Source: Tubulanus polymorphus
Taxonomy: Eukaryota; Animalia; Nemertea
Assembly (NCBI RefSeq): GCF_964204645.1
Contig: NC_134031.1
Span: 19,909,910-19,973,909, forward strand
DNA length: 64,000 nucleotides
Reading direction: 5' to 3'
In this document: positions 60,490 through 64,000 of the stretch, one piece after another
Numbering within the stretch: the first letter of the stretch is position 1
Layout: every line of letters begins with the position of its first letter
Notes under the pieces: generated by a model
What the model saw: the letters and a program-made list of their open reading frames with translations, nothing else
Told to the model about the DNA's origin: nothing
The model's database searches: none
Translations under genes and position numbers: made by a program

Positions 60490-62441
60490 GACTGATGTCA
60501 ATGGTTATCTACAAGAGTTAATAACGTTTTCATACATCTACTCCAGTGTTGACATATACTTCCACTTCTGCAGTAGTAAGCATTGGTTCTTTCTTCATCG
60601 ACGACAACAGCTTTCAATCAATCCATCAATGAATTGATCGGAATTAAGAAAAATTTCGCTCACGAAAGTCGATTGTTTGTTTTGCTTTGTGCCAAGAATT
60701 TTTTTTCTTATTCATAAGTCGCTCTATCCGAAAATCAAGCTTCGACCGACCGGTCGGTGTTTGCTTGCGCTGTTTCAGCTTACATCGCGCTACATCAGTC
60801 GTGTTGTGATTTCCGTGCAAAGTTGCACGGAAAAACGTTACTGGATGGACAAGGTGACATTACAGTAGCATTAAGACCTGGACGATAAAGAGTAGCGTGC
60901 TGTCGTGTGCTGTCGTGTGCGTAGAGACTTAATTAGATACGGATAGAGTTTCCATAAGAGAATTCATACCTATACTGATTGGGTATCGATTTGTCGCAGG
61001 TATTAAGATACCTCGCCGCTGCCGCTACCGCTGCTGCTGCTGCCGCTGCTGCGTTGCATTCAATCACGCGTGAAGGTTAAGCCCGTGCCTCTCGCGTTTT
61101 AAAAACAATGAACGAGAAGAGAAGAATGCAGTCAGTCAGTCGTCGCTGGTGAGGAGCTCGGTAAACTCCGCACTGATTGTGTCAGATCAATGTTCAGCGC
61201 TGTTCAGATATTCATTATCATTATCAACTGTGGCAATTAATTTCTGGTTTTATATCATGTAAACAGAAGTGGATCTATGGCCGGTCGTGATTATTAACGC
61301 GCAATGCTCGACCGGCTGTGACATCATCATCACTCGCTAACGAGAATTACGAATTGAGAGAGGGGCAAAAATGTGATAGTAACCAACAATGAGGAGTTAG
61401 GCGAAAATAATGAAATTATTGATGAATAAACACCGCTGATTTCCTCGACGCTAATCAAATGCGACCAATTATCTAAATTTTAGGAGTAATTTGTCGATGA
61501 TAATCAGCACGCGTCTCCGCTTGACTACGGATTAAACTTATCATTTTGATGGGCGGAGTGCGTGTTCGCTTAGAAAAAAAAATTTCAAAAAAAGAAAACA
61601 ACTCCGATATCGGTTTCAGCAATTACGTTAATTGAAAACTGGTTGAATCGGATTTTTTTAGGCTTCGCAGGAAACCGAGCTCGGATTATTAGATATCAAG
61701 CGTAATGTAGAAAACGGCTTATCGATGATCAGTCGTAGAATATACGTAACAATTTTAACGATTCAAATCGTATTATGGAATATTCAACGTGGCTTAATAA
61801 CAAATCGAAGTCTGTGCGCAGATGATGTGTCGTTGTTCTAGCTGTCATTGATTATTGAAATATTCCGTTCGTTCGTTATTGTTATTCGTTCTAATGATGT
61901 ACAATATGTGTGTGTACGTGAATATACCCCGGTGAGGTCCACCAGATAAAATGGATGTCAGCTAAACATAAAAAGACGATGTTTGTAAGTGGCGAGGTCC
62001 ACCACGGATCGTTAGACCGAGGTACGTAGACAGTTCATTAATGATTTACGCTTCGTTTCATCAATCGTAATTGGGGTAAAAAATTTTACATTCGATTGGA
62101 GATTTGAAATCTGCCCTCCGAGATTCGATGCATTCTGAACATTCTTGTAAATTTTGTTCGCCTATATCAGTTCGAGCAAGTCAAAAGTGGCGTCGCCCTG
62201 AGGACTTTACCTGAGACTTTTTTAATAACAAACACTAGACATAATACATCTTTCAGCACATTTCCAAAAGTCAGGGAAAAAGCGAGTGAAATAAAAGTGG
62301 CCTGCATCGGGTTCAATCATGACCACAAGTGGCTGTGCTGAATTAATATGTGACTGTAACGGTAATCACCTCATTTTCTCAGCTGTAAAATAGATGGACA
62401 AATCAAATCCTCTTATGATATCTTCACCTGAATTGACGTAC

Positions 62442-63197
62442 GAAGAGGGAGGGAGAGAGGGAGAGGAGAGATGGAGAGAGAGAGGGAGAGGTGGAGAGAG
62501 GGAGAGGTGGAGAGAGGGAGAGAGGGAGAGATGGAGAGAGGGAGAGAGGGTGAGAGAGAGAGGTGGAGAGAGGGAGAGGAGAGATGGAGAGAGAGAGAGG
62601 AGAGAAGGAGAGGAGAGATCGAGAGAGAGAGGGAGAGGTGGAGAGAGAGAGAGAGGGAGAGAGAGGGGAGAGAGAGAGGTGGAGAGAGGGAGAGGAGAGA
62701 TGGAGAGAGAGAGAGGAGAGATGGAGAGAGAGAGAGGGAGGGAGAGAGGGAGAGGTGGAGAGAGGGAGAGAGAGGGGAGAGAGAGAGGTGGAGAGAGGGA
62801 GAGGAGAGATGGAGAGAGAGAGAGGTGGAGGGAGAGAGGGAGAGGTGGAGAGAGAGAGAGAGGGAGAGGAGAGATGGAGAGAGAGAGAGGTGGAGGGAGA
62901 GAGGGAGAGGTGGAGAGAGGGAGAGGAGAGATGGAGAGAGAGAGAGGTGGAGGGAGAGAGGGAGAGGTGGAGAGAGAGAGAGAGGGAGAGGAGAGATGGA
63001 GAGAGAGAGGGGAGAGAAGGAGAGGTGGAGAGAGGGAGAGGAGAGATGGAGAGAGAGAGAGGTGGAGAGAGGGAGAGGGAGAGGTGGAGAGAGGGAGAGG
63101 TGGAGAGAGGGAGAGGTGGAGAGAGGGAGAGGTGGAGAGAGGGAGAGGTGGAGAGAGGGAGAGGAGAGATGGAGAGAGAGGGGAGAGAAGGAGAGAA
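62442..63197. repeat. Polypurine (GA-rich) low-complexity tract
   Basis: ~750 bp almost entirely G/A with recurring GGTGGAGAGAGGGAGA and GGAGAGATGGAGA units. Confidence 0.97.
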
Positions 63198-64000
63198 TGA
63201 TAGAGAACATTAATTCATCATCTGATGATCATATCTTCATTATAACCAGTAGTTAATCATATCAATGATCGTCTTATCTGTTTGATAAGATTATGATCGA
63301 TGCTGGCAGTGATGAGGAAGGAGAGGATAGGAAGGAGGACGGGTATGATGAGTATGAGGAAAGAGTCTCGTTGGCGCTGTGTTAATTACTAAATGTCTAC
63401 AAGTTATTAATTATATCAGCTGTGCGTAGCTGCTGCTGATGTTGCTGCTCAGCTCCGTTCTTATAGTAACGACATTTATTTATTAGAGCTCTTATTGTTG
63501 ATGGTTTCGCCACTAATGACATAATAGATTTGGACAGGACAGTTTTTTTATAAACCGTAAGCCGACAGCACGCAAAGTGCGCAGGAACTCATCAAAACCA
63601 TAATTGAAGTAATGAAAAACTGAATTCATGCGATTTCTTCTTCAAACTTTGCTCACGAGTTTTTAGGATTTCGGAGGTAAATTAGGATCTATCGACTGTT
63701 GAAGGCACAGGTCATTTTGACTCAGGGGAGGTATGACCTGTATTAGTGAAGTAGGATCAACTGCTCTCAAATAGTCAAGTAATTACGAATCTGGATAATT
63801 GAACTTTGAATAATTTATTAAGTGCATTGTATAAATGTCCAAGAATGACAGCATTAATTATAAGATCCATAACTTCTAATCACTGTTCACCACAAACAGC
63901 GGCCTGAAATGGGGGCTAATTATGAAGACCTTGTCACGTCCCAAAAAGGCTACTTCGATGTCCAAAAAGGCAATATAAGGTCGATACTGAGGCTTATCAA

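Noticed and set aside
59747-60637. 296-aa ORF (SRSLVYAYSVP)n
   Set aside because: Translation of the 33-bp minisatellite; non-ATG start and no splice support
62394-63256. RE-rich and SL-rich ORFs
   Set aside because: Artefacts of the GA tract, which lacks stop codons

Overview
Eukaryotic (animal, probably an invertebrate bilaterian/lophotrochozoan; inferred, not provable here) genomic DNA, AT-rich, with GT-AG introns. Left to right: (1) the 5' part of a laminin gamma-1 gene on the minus strand (18 exons reconstructed in phase, 14048 down to 101, running off the left edge); (2) an intronless rhodopsin-family GPCR of the FMRFamide-receptor/srw-like type (+, ~16386-17339); (3) a complete 6-coding-exon NELF-B/COBRA1 gene (+, 18633-21847, 573 aa); (4) an intronless melatonin-receptor/Moody-Tre1-like GPCR (-, 25230-24193); (5) a minimal type I hammerhead ribozyme of the Penelope-associated kind at ~25800-25841; (6) the 5' part of a PLEKHG5-like RhoGEF gene (+, N-terminal Cys/His domain and RBD exons, 34328-39581), then a >24 kb intron with at least three candidate alternative first coding exons (all phase 1), several minisatellites, a ~750 bp polypurine tract and many MITE/SINE relics. 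No prokaryotic systems or CRISPR arrays. Most entries in the ORF track are spurious (intronic, antisense or repeat-derived). All homology calls come from recalled motifs, not database searches.
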